Positions 41,383 to 51,700 of a stretch of DNA of 64,000 bases are shown piece after piece; positions within the stretch are counted from its first letter, which is position 1, and each line of letters begins with the position of its first letter. Origin of the DNA: Terriglobales bacterium (GTDB lineage: Bacteria; Acidobacteriota; Terriglobia; Terriglobales; Acidobacteriaceae); assembly GCA_035542575.1 (NCBI GenBank), contig DATKLE010000057.1, forward strand, positions 1,627 through 65,626. Reading direction: 5' to 3'. The position numbers and the translations under genes were made by a program. Under the pieces are notes generated by a model. The model did no database searches. It saw only the letters and a program-made list of their open reading frames with translations, and was not told where the DNA came from.

Positions 41383-44300
41383 ATGCGATACAACGTCGGC
41401 ATGGGTCGTTTTTTTGCTGTCCTTGTAATGCTCTGCTCTCTGTTCGGGGTTGCGCCTGCCCAGAAAGCCTCCAAGAATCCTTCTCCGAACAGCTCCGCGC
41501 CGGCGCGGGATTATTCGCAGGAAGGCTTCGTCGTTGAACAGCTACACACCTCGTACCGCTTCGAGAACGATGGCACTGGGAAGAAGGAGATTCTGGCGCG
41601 CGTCAAAGTGCAAAGCGAAGCCGGGGTCGAGCAATGGGGTCAACTGGTCTTCGGTTACAACTCGGCGAACGAGCGCATTGAGATTCCGTATGTGCGGGTA
41701 TTGAAGGCTGACGGCAGCACGCTAACTGCGCCACCGGACGCGGTGCAGGACCTGAGCGCGCCCATCGAGCGAGAGGCGCCCGTCTATACCGATTACCGGC
41801 AAAAGCACATTACCGTGCCGGGACTGCGTCCCGGGGAGGTGCTGGAGTATGACATCGTCACGGTGATCCACACCGCTTTGGCTCCCGGCGAGTTCTGGGT
41901 GGAACACCGATTCGACCGGAACGAGATCGTGCTCGACGAGCGGCTCGACGTCAACGTGCCCAGCGAACGCAGCGTGAAACTGAAGACCCAGCCGGGCCAC
42001 GACCCCACGATCAGCGAGAGCAACGGCCGCCGCATTTATTCCTGGACCAGTTCTTATCTTGAGCGGGAAGACGAGGACGCCGACAAAGCAAAAAAGAAAA
42101 AGAAGAAGGAGCCTGAGGAACCAGCGGTACAGTTGACCACTTTCGGCAGTTGGGAAGAGCTGGGACGCTGGTACGCCGGTCTGGAGAAAGACCGCCGCCA
42201 GCCCAACGAGGAGATTCGAAAAAAGGCCGCCGAGTTGACCGCCGGCAAGGCCGGCGACGTGGAGAAGATCGAGGCACTTTACGATTTCGTGGCCCAGGAT
42301 TTCCGCTACGTGAGCCTTTCGTTCGGCACCGGCCGCTATCAGCCCCACGCTGCCAGCGACGTGCTGCACAACCAGTACGGCGACTGCAAAGACAAGCACA
42401 CCCTGCTGGCGTCCCTGCTGGAAGCGTCGGGCTACCACGCGTCGTCGGTGTTGATCAACTCAATGCGCAAACTCGATCCCGACGTTCCTTCTCCAGCGCA
42501 GTTTGATCACGTCATCAGCCTGGTTCCGCTGGGCAAAGAGGAGCTTTGGATGGATACCACCACCGAGGTGGCGCCGTTTCGGCTCCTGTCCTATCCCCTG
42601 CGGGCCAAGCAGGCGCTGGTCATTCCCGCGGAAGGAGTCCCACATCTGGAGGAAACCCCGGCCGATCCACCCATGCCCGACACCCAGCTGCAGGAGATAC
42701 AAGGCAGCGTGAGCGAACTGGGCAAACTCACGGCCCATGTCAGCTACGAGGCACGCGGCGACGTCGAGCTGCTCATGAGGCTGCTGTTCCGGCGTCTTCC
42801 CAACGCCCAGTGGCGCCAGTTCATCAGCAACATGAATTCCATGAGCGGGCTCGAAGGTGAGGTTTCGGAGATTAAAGTCACCGACCCTGCCTCGACCCGC
42901 GAACCCTTTCGCATGCAGTACAACGTCGTCAAAGCTAATTTTCTGGATTGGTCGAGAAAGAAATCGGAGATCGCGCTGCCGCTCTCGGAGGTCAGCGTCC
43001 CTCCCGTGGATGAGAGTGACACGGGCCCGGACGCGGAACCTATCAAACTCGGACCTCCCGGACAGTTTCGCTATTACCTCAAGCTTGAGCTGCCGCGCAA
43101 GTTCACTGCCCGCTCGCCCGTGCCGTTCTCCATGAAGCGGGACTATGCGGACTACGAGGCCAGCTATCAGCTCCAGGGCAACGTTTTTACGGCAGAGCGC
43201 ACGCTGGTGACGCGGATGCGGGAGTTGCCGGCGGATCGAGCCAGTGATTATCTTGCCTTCCGGCGCGCGGTGTCCACCGACCTGCAACAGCAGCTTTCCG
43301 TGGACAGCAGTGCAGCGGACGCTGCCACGGCCGCGGCGAATCTGAAAGGCGACGACTTGAACGATGCCGCGAACGCTGCCTTGCAGCGTGGTCAGTACCA
43401 GATCGCGATCGACCTGCTGCAAAAGGTGTTGGATGCCGATCCCAAGCACAAGACGGCACGCACGAATCTGGGGCGCGCCTACATGGGATTGCACAAGACC
43501 GATCTGGCGATTGATGCCTTCCGCCAGCAAGCCAATCTCAATCCTTATGATGAATATGCCTATAACAATCTGGGTTGGGCTTACAGTGTGGCCCGCCGCT
43601 ATGACGAAGCGGCTACCGCCTATGGCAAGGCGCTGGAAATCAATCCCCTCAGCCGCTACACGCACGCCGCTCTCGGGGGGATGTACGCAGAGCAGCACAA
43701 GTACGACATGGCCGTGCCCGAACTGGAGAAGGCCAGCGCACTCAGCCCGGACGATCCTCTGCTCCAGGTCAGCCTCGGCGATGCCTGCCTGAACCTCGGC
43801 CAGGACGATAAAGCACTGGCGGCTTTTGATCGTGCAGTCGAGATCTCGGCCACACCCGTGGTCTGGAATAACATCGCTTACCAACTCTCGCTCAAAAAGG
43901 CTCACCTGGACCGGGCCCAGCAGTATGCGGAATCGGCGGTCGCGGCCACGGTGGCCGCATCCCGCAATTTAAGCCTGGATCAGTTGAACGAACGCGATCT
44001 GGGTGTCGTGCAGGCGCTGGCGGCTTACTGGGACACCCTGGGCTGGGTCTATTTCGCCAGTGGCGATTTGCCAAGGGCCGAAAAGTACGTGCGGGCTGCC
44101 TGGAGTCTCGATGCGCACAGCGAAGTCTCCGATCACCTAGGGCAGATCTACGAAAAGATGGGGCGCAAAGACGATGCCGTCCGCGCATACTCCATGGCGC
44201 TGACTGACCTCCGGCCGGTTCCGGAGGCCCGCATCCACTTGGCTGCGCTGGTGGGTGACAGCAAGGTCGAGTCTACCGCCTCGCGATATCGCGAAGATTC

Positions 44301-44598
44301 GCAGCGCTGGCGCACGGTGGACCTGGGCAAGATCGCCAAGGGAACTGGGAGCGCCGAATTCTTCCTGATGTTCGCGAACAACGGCTCGGGGGCCACTGTG
44401 GAGGGCGTCAAGTTCATCCGCGGAGACGAGAAACTGAAGATCCTGACAGAGGCGCTGCGCACCGCCCGGTACAACCTATATTTTCCCGACGACTCACCAG
44501 CCAAGGTAGTGCGCCGGGGAATACTCTCTTGCTCTCAGGCCACCGGCACCTGCACATTCGTGCTGCTCCTGCCCCAGGATGTGACCTCGGTGGACTAA
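41383..44598 (+). CDS. Secreted DUF3857 / transglutaminase-like / TPR multidomain protein
   Basis: Transglutaminase-core motif YGDCKDKHTLLASLL and a TPR block in the C-terminal third. The start is ambiguous (GTG 41332, ATG 41383 after AGGAG, or ATG 41401). The signal peptide is GRFFAVLVMLCSLFGVAPAQ. Confidence 0.8.
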   Translation: MRYNVGMGRFFAVLVMLCSLFGVAPAQKASKNPSPNSSAPARDYSQEGFVVEQLHTSYRFENDGTGKKEILARVKVQSEAGVEQWGQLVFGYNSANERIEIPYVRVLKADGSTLTAPPDAVQDLSAPIEREAPVYTDYRQKHITVPGLRPGEVLEYDIVTVIHTALAPGEFWVEHRFDRNEIVLDERLDVNVPSERSVKLKTQPGHDPTISESNGRRIYSWTSSYLEREDEDADKAKKKKKKEPEEPAVQLTTFGSWEELGRWYAGLEKDRRQPNEEIRKKAAELTAGKAGDVEKIEALYDFVAQDFRYVSLSFGTGRYQPHAASDVLHNQYGDCKDKHTLLASLLEASGYHASSVLINSMRKLDPDVPSPAQFDHVISLVPLGKEELWMDTTTEVAPFRLLSYPLRAKQALVIPAEGVPHLEETPADPPMPDTQLQEIQGSVSELGKLTAHVSYEARGDVELLMRLLFRRLPNAQWRQFISNMNSMSGLEGEVSEIKVTDPASTREPFRMQYNVVKANFLDWSRKKSEIALPLSEVSVPPVDESDTGPDAEPIKLGPPGQFRYYLKLELPRKFTARSPVPFSMKRDYADYEASYQLQGNVFTAERTLVTRMRELPADRASDYLAFRRAVSTDLQQQLSVDSSAADAATAAANLKGDDLNDAANAALQRGQYQIAIDLLQKVLDADPKHKTARTNLGRAYMGLHKTDLAIDAFRQQANLNPYDEYAYNNLGWAYSVARRYDEAATAYGKALEINPLSRYTHAALGGMYAEQHKYDMAVPELEKASALSPDDPLLQVSLGDACLNLGQDDKALAAFDRAVEISATPVVWNNIAYQLSLKKAHLDRAQQYAESAVAATVAASRNLSLDQLNERDLGVVQALAAYWDTLGWVYFASGDLPRAEKYVRAAWSLDAHSEVSDHLGQIYEKMGRKDDAVRAYSMALTDLRPVPEARIHLAALVGDSKVESTASRYREDSQRWRTVDLGKIAKGTGSAEFFLMFANNGSGATVEGVKFIRGDEKLKILTEALRTARYNLYFPDDSPAKVVRRGILSCSQATGTCTFVLLLPQDVTSVD

Positions 44599-45983
44599 GC
44601 TTGCTCCGCCAGCTTGAGCGGACGCTGGTGCCAGGCCGTAGCCTGCTCGTAAGCATGCGCCAAGCGAAGGACCCTGGCCTCCTCCCAGTGCGGGCCGATG
44701 ATCTGCAATCCGATTGGCAGACCCGCCAGGGTGAAACCGCATGGAATGGAAATCGCCGGCAGTCCCCACACGTTTACCGGGCGGGTGTTGCGCAGCAGGA
44801 GGATTTCGCGCGGGCGCAGCAGCTCGGGATTCTGCTGCAGCTCCGCCAGCGTAGGCGGTGGCACAGGGGTTGTAGGTGTCACCAGGACATCCATATTTTC
44901 AAAGACTTTGCCGATTTCGCGCCGCACCTGTTCCATCTCGCGGCGACGGAGAATGTAGTCGACGGCGGTGACGCTGGCGCCGGCTTGAATGCGCCTCAAG
45001 GTTTCCGGTTGATAGAGCTCGGGAGTGCGGGCCACGAACTCCGCGTGGTAGGCATAAGATTCGGCGCTCTGCACGCTGCGGTCGGTGGGGACTGGGAGCT
45101 CGATGTCGCGGATGTCCGCGGTCAAAGATGCCAGCACCGTGAGAGCCTGGCTGACGGCCGCGGCGACTTCCGGGTGCAGATCGTCGTAGAAGTAGGCGCG
45201 GGGAACGCCGATGCGGAGATGCTTGGTGTCGCCTCGGAGCGCAGCGACATAATCGGCGTCTGGGGTGTCGAAAGTGGTGGTGTCTTTTTCATCGTAGCCC
45301 GCGATGGCATGCAGCAACACGGCAGCATCTGCAACCGTGCGCGCGATCGGCCCCACGTGGTCGAGCGACCAGGAAAGCGGAATGACGCCGCGGGCGCTGA
45401 CCCGTCCATACGTCGGTTTCAGGCCGACCATCCCGCACACTGCCGCCGGCTGGCGAATCGAACCCGCGGTGTCGGTCCCAATCGCGCCATAGCCGAGATC
45501 AGCCGCCACCGCTGCCGCCGAGCCGCTGGACGAGCCTCCGGCGATGTGTGCGGGGTTCCAGGGATTGCGGACCTCGCCGTAATAACTCACCATCGAACTG
45601 GCGCCGTAGGCGAACTCGTGCAGATTCTGCTTGCCTAGCAACACGGCCCCGGCGTCTTTCAGGCGGCGGACGACCTCCGCATCGTCTGTCGGGACACGAT
45701 GCTTGAACAGCGCGCTTGCGGCGGTGGTGCGGACACCGGCGGTCTCGAGGATGTCCTTCAAACCGAGGGGGATTCCGTGCAAGGGGCCGCGCCAATGCCC
45801 ATCATGAATTTCCTTTTCTGCTTGCTGCGCCCGCGCCGCCGCGCTGTCGGCCATGACTGTGATGAAGGCATTCAAGATGGGATTGAGGCGTTCGATGCGC
45901 TCCAGGCATTGCGTGGTCAGTTCGACCGGGGAGACAGCGCCGTGGCGGAGTTGCTCGCCAATCTCGAGGATCGTGGGGTGCAA
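44595..45983 (-). CDS. Amidase (amidase-signature family, GatA-like)
   Basis: The signature is GGSSSGSAAAVAADL, within a Gly/Ser-rich amidase-signature region. Confidence 0.88.
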   Translation of the reverse strand: MHPTILEIGEQLRHGAVSPVELTTQCLERIERLNPILNAFITVMADSAAARAQQAEKEIHDGHWRGPLHGIPLGLKDILETAGVRTTAASALFKHRVPTDDAEVVRRLKDAGAVLLGKQNLHEFAYGASSMVSYYGEVRNPWNPAHIAGGSSSGSAAAVAADLGYGAIGTDTAGSIRQPAAVCGMVGLKPTYGRVSARGVIPLSWSLDHVGPIARTVADAAVLLHAIAGYDEKDTTTFDTPDADYVAALRGDTKHLRIGVPRAYFYDDLHPEVAAAVSQALTVLASLTADIRDIELPVPTDRSVQSAESYAYHAEFVARTPELYQPETLRRIQAGASVTAVDYILRRREMEQVRREIGKVFENMDVLVTPTTPVPPPTLAELQQNPELLRPREILLLRNTRPVNVWGLPAISIPCGFTLAGLPIGLQIIGPHWEEARVLRLAHAYEQATAWHQRPLKLAEQA

Positions 45984-46097
45984 TGGAATCGCCTCTCTAC
46001 CAGAGTTTTATTATCCCCGAAAGCGATCCCACTGGCGGGGTGGGAAAGGCCTATAATTTCCCCGTTTGGCCATCCGCCGGAGGTCTAAGATATCTCC

Positions 46098-47543
46098 ATG
46101 GCACAGATGACTGTGACGCCGGTCACCACGCAAGGGTTCCTACTGGACGGCAAGTGGATTGAGGAAGGGGATGCGGTGGAAGTGCGCGCTCCTTACGACG
46201 GCAGCGTGATCGCCCGCGTGTTCCAGGGAAGAAGCGAGCATGCCGACGCGGCCATCGCGGCTGCGGTGAAGGCCTTCGGCACGACGCGCCGCCTGCCCGC
46301 CTTCGAACGCCAGCGCGTGCTCCGCCGCGTGGCCGAGAACATCAGCGAGCGCAAGGAAGAATTCGCCCGTACCCTGGCGCAGGAGGCCGGCAAGCCCATC
46401 AAGGCGGCGCGTTCCGAGGTGGGACGCGCGATTTTCACCTTTAACGTCGCAGCCGAGGAAAGCACTCGCATTTACGGCGAATATCTTCCTCTCGATTGGC
46501 AGGAGTCCACCGCCGGGCGCTGGGGGATCGTGCGTCGCTTTCCTCTGGGGGCGATTGCCGGCATCACGCCGTTTAACTTTCCCCTGAACCTGGTTGCACA
46601 CAAAGTGGCACCGGCCATTGCCTGCGGCTGCACCATGGTGCTCAAGCCTGCGCCGCAAACTCCGTTGAGCGCGCTGCTGCTGGCGGAAGCGGTGCAGCAG
46701 GCCGGTTGGCCCGATGGCGCTCTGAACGTGCTTCCGCTCTCCAACGAAGACGCTGGCCTGCTTGTGAGCGACGAGCGGCTCAAGCTCATCAGCTTTACCG
46801 GCAGCGCTGCCGTGGGCTGGGACATCAAACGCCGCGCCGGCAAGAAAAAGGTCATTCTTGAACTGGGCGGCAATGCGGGCGTCATTGTGCACAGTGATGC
46901 CGACCTCGCCTATGCCGCCGATCGCTGCGTGGCGGGCGGTTTCGCCTATGCCGGCCAGACCTGCATCTCAGTGCAGCGCATTCTGGTGGAGCGCTCGGTC
47001 TGTGGCCGGTTCACCGAACTGCTGCTGGCAGGGGTCAAAAAGCTGCAGGCGGGCGACCCGTTGCAGGAATTCACCGACCTCGGTCCGCTCATCCGCGAGA
47101 GTGACGCCATCCGCGCCAGCGACTGGGTGCAGGAGGCCGTGCGCGGGGGCGCTCGTCTGTTGTGTGGCGGCCGTCGCAACGGGCCGGTGCTGGAGCCCAC
47201 GGTCCTGACCGGCACCCGTCCGGACATGAAAGTGAATTGCCAGGAAATTTTCGCGCCTGTGGTTACGGTCGAGCCTTATGACGACTTCGGCGAGGCCTGC
47301 CGGCAAATCAACAACTCTCCCTACGGGTTGCAGACCGGCATCTTCACCCGCGACGCCAAGCTGCTGTTCAACGCCTACGAGGAACTGGAAGTCGGCGCGG
47401 TGATTGGCGGGGATGTGCCGACCTTCCGCATTGACCACATGCCGTACGGCGGGGTCAAAGACTCCGGATTGGGCCGGGAGGGATTGCGCTACGCCATCGA
47501 GGAGATGACCGAGCCCAGGCTGCTGGTCATGAATCTGCGCTAG
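46098..47543 (+). CDS. NAD(P)-dependent aldehyde dehydrogenase family protein
   Basis: Catalytic Glu motif ELGGNA and catalytic Cys motif GQTCISVQR. The SD GGAGGT is upstream. Confidence 0.9.
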   Translation: MAQMTVTPVTTQGFLLDGKWIEEGDAVEVRAPYDGSVIARVFQGRSEHADAAIAAAVKAFGTTRRLPAFERQRVLRRVAENISERKEEFARTLAQEAGKPIKAARSEVGRAIFTFNVAAEESTRIYGEYLPLDWQESTAGRWGIVRRFPLGAIAGITPFNFPLNLVAHKVAPAIACGCTMVLKPAPQTPLSALLLAEAVQQAGWPDGALNVLPLSNEDAGLLVSDERLKLISFTGSAAVGWDIKRRAGKKKVILELGGNAGVIVHSDADLAYAADRCVAGGFAYAGQTCISVQRILVERSVCGRFTELLLAGVKKLQAGDPLQEFTDLGPLIRESDAIRASDWVQEAVRGGARLLCGGRRNGPVLEPTVLTGTRPDMKVNCQEIFAPVVTVEPYDDFGEACRQINNSPYGLQTGIFTRDAKLLFNAYEELEVGAVIGGDVPTFRIDHMPYGGVKDSGLGREGLRYAIEEMTEPRLLVMNLR

Positions 47544-47681
47544 CCGGAGCGCCCTTGCCGTGCGTCGGCGTTCCGCCGGAGTGCCGAATTTTCCCGGCAA
47601 GGCCAATGCCCGCGAGCGGCCCTCATTTTCACAGTTCTCGGAACCTCATCGCCTCGTTTCCTGAATTTAATTTGTCATCAC

Positions 47682-47710
47682 CCGACACAACCCTTCCGGT
47701 TTGTTATAAT
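47682..47710 (+). promoter_or_regulatory. Candidate promoter of the act-cox respiratory cluster
   Basis: CCGACA (47682-47687), a 17-nt spacer, then a perfect TATAAT (47705-47710), upstream of actA. Confidence 0.4.
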
Positions 47711-47826
47711 CACCCGTTTTCGTGTTCAACGTCACAACCAACCGTGAGCACTTAACCAGATCAGACAACGCTGCATGAACCGGGGACTTCGTGGTGTGGT
47801 TCCCGCTGCACGCAAAGTTTCACTCG

Positions 47827-48522
47827 ATGCAGATCTTTCATCGCAGTACGAATACCCTCTCCCGGGCAACGATTTTTGGCGCCGTCTTTGTGGTGGCGGC
47901 GCTGTTCTGGGTGGCGGCAGCGGTGCAGCGCTCGCCCTACGTGACCTATGCCGGAGTGGCGCGGCCGCAGCCCGCGCCCTTCAGCCACCAGCATCACGTG
48001 GCCGGGCTGGGGATTGATTGCCGCTACTGCCACACTTCGGTGGAGACCTCGAGCTTTGCCGGCATCCCGCCGACCAAGACCTGCATGAACTGCCACTCCC
48101 AGATCTGGACCAACGCGGAGATGCTGGAGCCGGTGCGCGAGAGCTATCGCAGCGGCAAGTCCCTGGTGTGGAACCGGGTGGATGATCTCCCCGACTTCGT
48201 GTATTTCAACCACAGCATTCACATCAACAAGGGGGTCGGCTGCAACACCTGCCACGGGCCGGTGGACCGCATGCCGTTGATGTATAACTACGCTTCTCTG
48301 CAAATGGAGTGGTGCCTCGACTGCCATCGCGCGCCGGACAAGTATCTGCGCCCGCGCGACCAGGTGTTCAACATGCGCTACCAGCAGCCCGCGAGCAGCC
48401 AGCCGGTCGTGGTGGATGGGAAGGAATACACCGACCAGCTCTCCCTGGGCGCGGCGTTGTTCAGGAAATACAAGGTGCGGTCGGTGAACGACATTACGAG
48501 TTGTTCGACGTGTCATAGATGA
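47827..48522 (+). CDS. actA: Alternative complex III subunit ActA (pentaheme cytochrome c)
   Basis: Five CxxCH motifs (CRYCH, CMNCH, CNTCH, CLDCH, CSTCH) and an N-terminal TM anchor. A GTG at 47791 is an alternative start. Confidence 0.85.
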   Translation: MQIFHRSTNTLSRATIFGAVFVVAALFWVAAAVQRSPYVTYAGVARPQPAPFSHQHHVAGLGIDCRYCHTSVETSSFAGIPPTKTCMNCHSQIWTNAEMLEPVRESYRSGKSLVWNRVDDLPDFVYFNHSIHINKGVGCNTCHGPVDRMPLMYNYASLQMEWCLDCHRAPDKYLRPRDQVFNMRYQQPASSQPVVVDGKEYTDQLSLGAALFRKYKVRSVNDITSCSTCHR

Positions 48523-48544
48523 GTGGGTGCTGTGTTAGAGATTT

Positions 48545-48697
48545 GTCATCCTGAGCGGAGTGACCGCGTCAAGCGGTCGCGGAGTCGAAGGACCTTGCGC
48601 TGGGAATGCCAAGGATCGGTTGATGCTGTGGCCGAGGGTGGGGATCCTTCGACTACGTGAGATTCCGCTCCGCGGATCTCGCTTCGCTCAGGATGAC
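48545..48697. repeat. 153-bp structured inverted-repeat (REP/MITE-like) element between actA and actB
   Basis: The termini GTCATCCTGAGCG (48545-48557) and CGCTCAGGATGAC (48685-48697) are perfect reverse complements. The second pairing block is GAGTCGAAGGACC / GGATCCTTCGACT. Each arm contains its own small hairpin. Confidence 0.8.
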
Positions 48698-48712
48698 CGT
48701 GTTTAGTGAACG

Positions 48713-51700
48713 ATGAACTACGAAAAGCCAAAGCGCGAGGATGTTTGTGCCGGTAAGAAGCTTGACCTGGACACGGTGCGGGAGCGCATTGCGGAGACCC
48801 GCGGCCCGGAATTCTGGCGCAGCCTCGAAGAACTCGCGGGCAGCGCCGAGTTCCAGGAGATGATGCACCGCGAATTTCCCAAGGGCGCGTCGGAGTGGCT
48901 GAACGGGGCCTCGCGTCGCGGCTTCCTCAAGCTGATGGGCGCATCGCTTGCGCTCGCCGGCATGACCGCCTGCACCAAGCAGCCGCTGGAACCCATAGTG
49001 CCCTATGTGCGCCAGCCGGAAGAACTCGTTCCCGGGCGGCCGTTGTTCTACGCCACGGCGTTCACGCTGGGCGGATACGCGTCGCCGGTGCTGGTGGAAA
49101 GCAACATGTACCGGCCCACCAAGATTGAAGGCAACGAGCAGCATCCTGCCAGCCTGGGCGGGACGGACATCTTTGCGCAGGCTTCGCTGCTGGAGTTGTA
49201 CGATCCCGACCGCTCACAGACCATTACTCACTTGGGGAATGTCCGCACTTGGAGCAATTTGCTGGAGGCGATCCGCGGGCCGCTGTCCATCCAGAAGGGG
49301 TTGCAGGGCGCAGGCATTCGCATACTGACGCAGACCATCTCCTCGCCCACGTTGGCCGATCAGCTGCGCAATCTCCTGAAGATTTATCCGCAGGCCAAGT
49401 GGCATGTGTACGAGCCGGTCAACCGCGACAACGTCTACGAAGGAGCGAAGCTGGCCTTCGGGCAGCCGATGGAGACGCGCTACGACTTCTCGAAAGCCGA
49501 TGTGATTTTGTCGCTGGATGCGGATTTTCTGTCCGCGGGGTTTCCCGGCTCGACACGTTACATCCGCGACTTCGCCGCACGCCGCGGTCCCGACGGCAAT
49601 ATCAACCGGCTGTATGTGGTGGAGAGCGGGATGAGCGCGACCGGGGCGAAGGCGGACCATCGTGCGCCCATGAGCGCGCGTGGCATTGCAGACTTTGCGG
49701 ATTCTCTCTCCCGAGTGGTCCACGGCGATGAGCATGTAGTTTCCGGGCCGACTGGCCCTGAGGGGTTTTACCCTGCATTGTGGAAAGACTTGTTTGCTCA
49801 TCAAGGTTCCGTGATTGTTATTCCTGGTGATCATCTGCCTCCGCTCATTCACGCGGCGGCCCATGCGCTGAATCAGACGCTCGGTAATGTCGGCAAGACT
49901 GTCCTCTACACCGATCCGCTCAGCGCCAATCCGGTGAACCAAACCGAATCGCTCAAAGATCTTGTCGCCGACATGCGCGCCGGCAAGGTGGACATGCTCG
50001 TGATTCTTGGAGGCAATCCCGCCTTCGAGGCTCCCGCTGACTTCGATTTTGCCGATGCGCTGAAGAACACGAATATCCCCATCCGCGTGCACCTCGGCCT
50101 CTATCAGAACGAGACCGCCGAGCTTTGCCAGTGGCATGTCAACGAGGCCCACTACCTGGAAGCCTGGGGCGATGCCCGCGCGTACGACGGCACCGTGAGC
50201 ATCGTGCAGCCCTTGATTGCCCCGCTTTACGGTGGCAAGAGCGCCAATGAGCTTGTGGCGGCTCTGTCGGGTCAGACCTCCGCCTCCGGTCACGACATCG
50301 TGCAGGCCTACTGGCAGGGTCAACATGCCGGCGCCGACTTCGAACAATTCTGGCGCAAGTCGCTGCATGACGGGTGGGTTGAAGGCACTACGTTCCAGCC
50401 GAAACAGCTGGCCCTGAAGGCCAACCAATTCCCGGGATCCAGCGCTCCTAACCAAAACGCCGTCGAGATCAACCTTCGTCCCGACCCCTCCATCTACGAC
50501 GGCCGCTTTGCCAACAACGGCTGGCTGCAGGAAGTGCCCAAGCCCATGTCCAAGATGACTTGGGATAATCCCGTCCTGATCAGCCCGACCATGGCCGACC
50601 GCCTGCAACTCAAGAGCGAGGACGTCGTTGAACTGGAGCTGAACGGCAAGAAGATTACCGCTCCAGTCTGGGTTCAGGCTGGACATCCCGACAACGCGGT
50701 TACCGCGTATCTCGGCTACGGACGCCGCCGCGCTGGCCGCGTCGGCACGGGCGCGGGCTTCGACATGTATCCGCTGCGCTACAGCGCGACGCCTTGGTCG
50801 GCGTCGGGAGTGGTGATCCGCAAGACCGGCGACACTTACAAGCTGGCAACCACCCAGGGCTATCAGACGATGGACACGCCGGTCGGCGCACGCCCGCTGG
50901 TGCGCACGGCTTCACTCGAGGAATACAAGAAGGAGCCAAAATTCGCGCAGGAGGAGCAGCCGCCGCACGAGCTGACGCTCTATTTCGACTATCCCTACAA
51001 GAACGAAGCCTACGCCTGGGGGATGGCGATTGACCTGAACAGGTGCGTGGGCTGCAACAACTGCATCATCGCCTGCCAGTCGGAAAACAACATTGCCGTG
51101 GTGGGTAAGGAGCAGGTGGTCCTAGGCCGACACATGCACTGGTTGCGCGTGGACGCCTACTACCAGGGCGACCGTGCCAATCCCAGGGCATACTTCCAAC
51201 CCGTCCCATGTATGCAGTGCGAGAACGCGCCCTGCGAAGTCGTCTGCCCGGTGGGCGCCACCGTGCACAGCAGCGAGGGCCTGAACGACATGGTCTACAA
51301 CCGCTGCGTAGGGACGCGCTACTGCTCCAACAACTGTCCCTACAAGGTGCGGCGGTTCAATTTCCTGCTCTTCCAGGACTGGACCACGCCCCAGTTCAAG
51401 ATGATGCGCAATCCAAACGTCAGCGTGCGGAGCCGCGGCGTCATGGAAAAATGCACCTACTGCGTGCAGCGGATTAACGCTCATCGCATTGACGCCGAGC
51501 GCGAGGACCGCAAGATCCGCGACGGCGAGATTCAGACCGCGTGCCAGCAGTCCTGTCCCGCGGACGCGATTGTATTCGGCAACATCAACGATCCCGACAG
51601 CCGGGTGTCGAAGCTGAAGGCCGAGGCGCGCAACTACAGCCTCCTGGCCGACCTCAACACCCGGCCGCGGACCACATATCTGGCGGAGATACGCAACCCG

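Noticed and set aside
42460-43905. 481-aa minus-strand ORF
   Set aside because: It lies entirely inside the DUF3857/transglutaminase/TPR gene, which has recognisable motifs on the plus strand. It is a shadow ORF.
49214-50686. 490-aa minus-strand ORF
   Set aside because: It is antisense to actB, whose Tat signal and Fe-S motifs are unambiguous on the plus strand.
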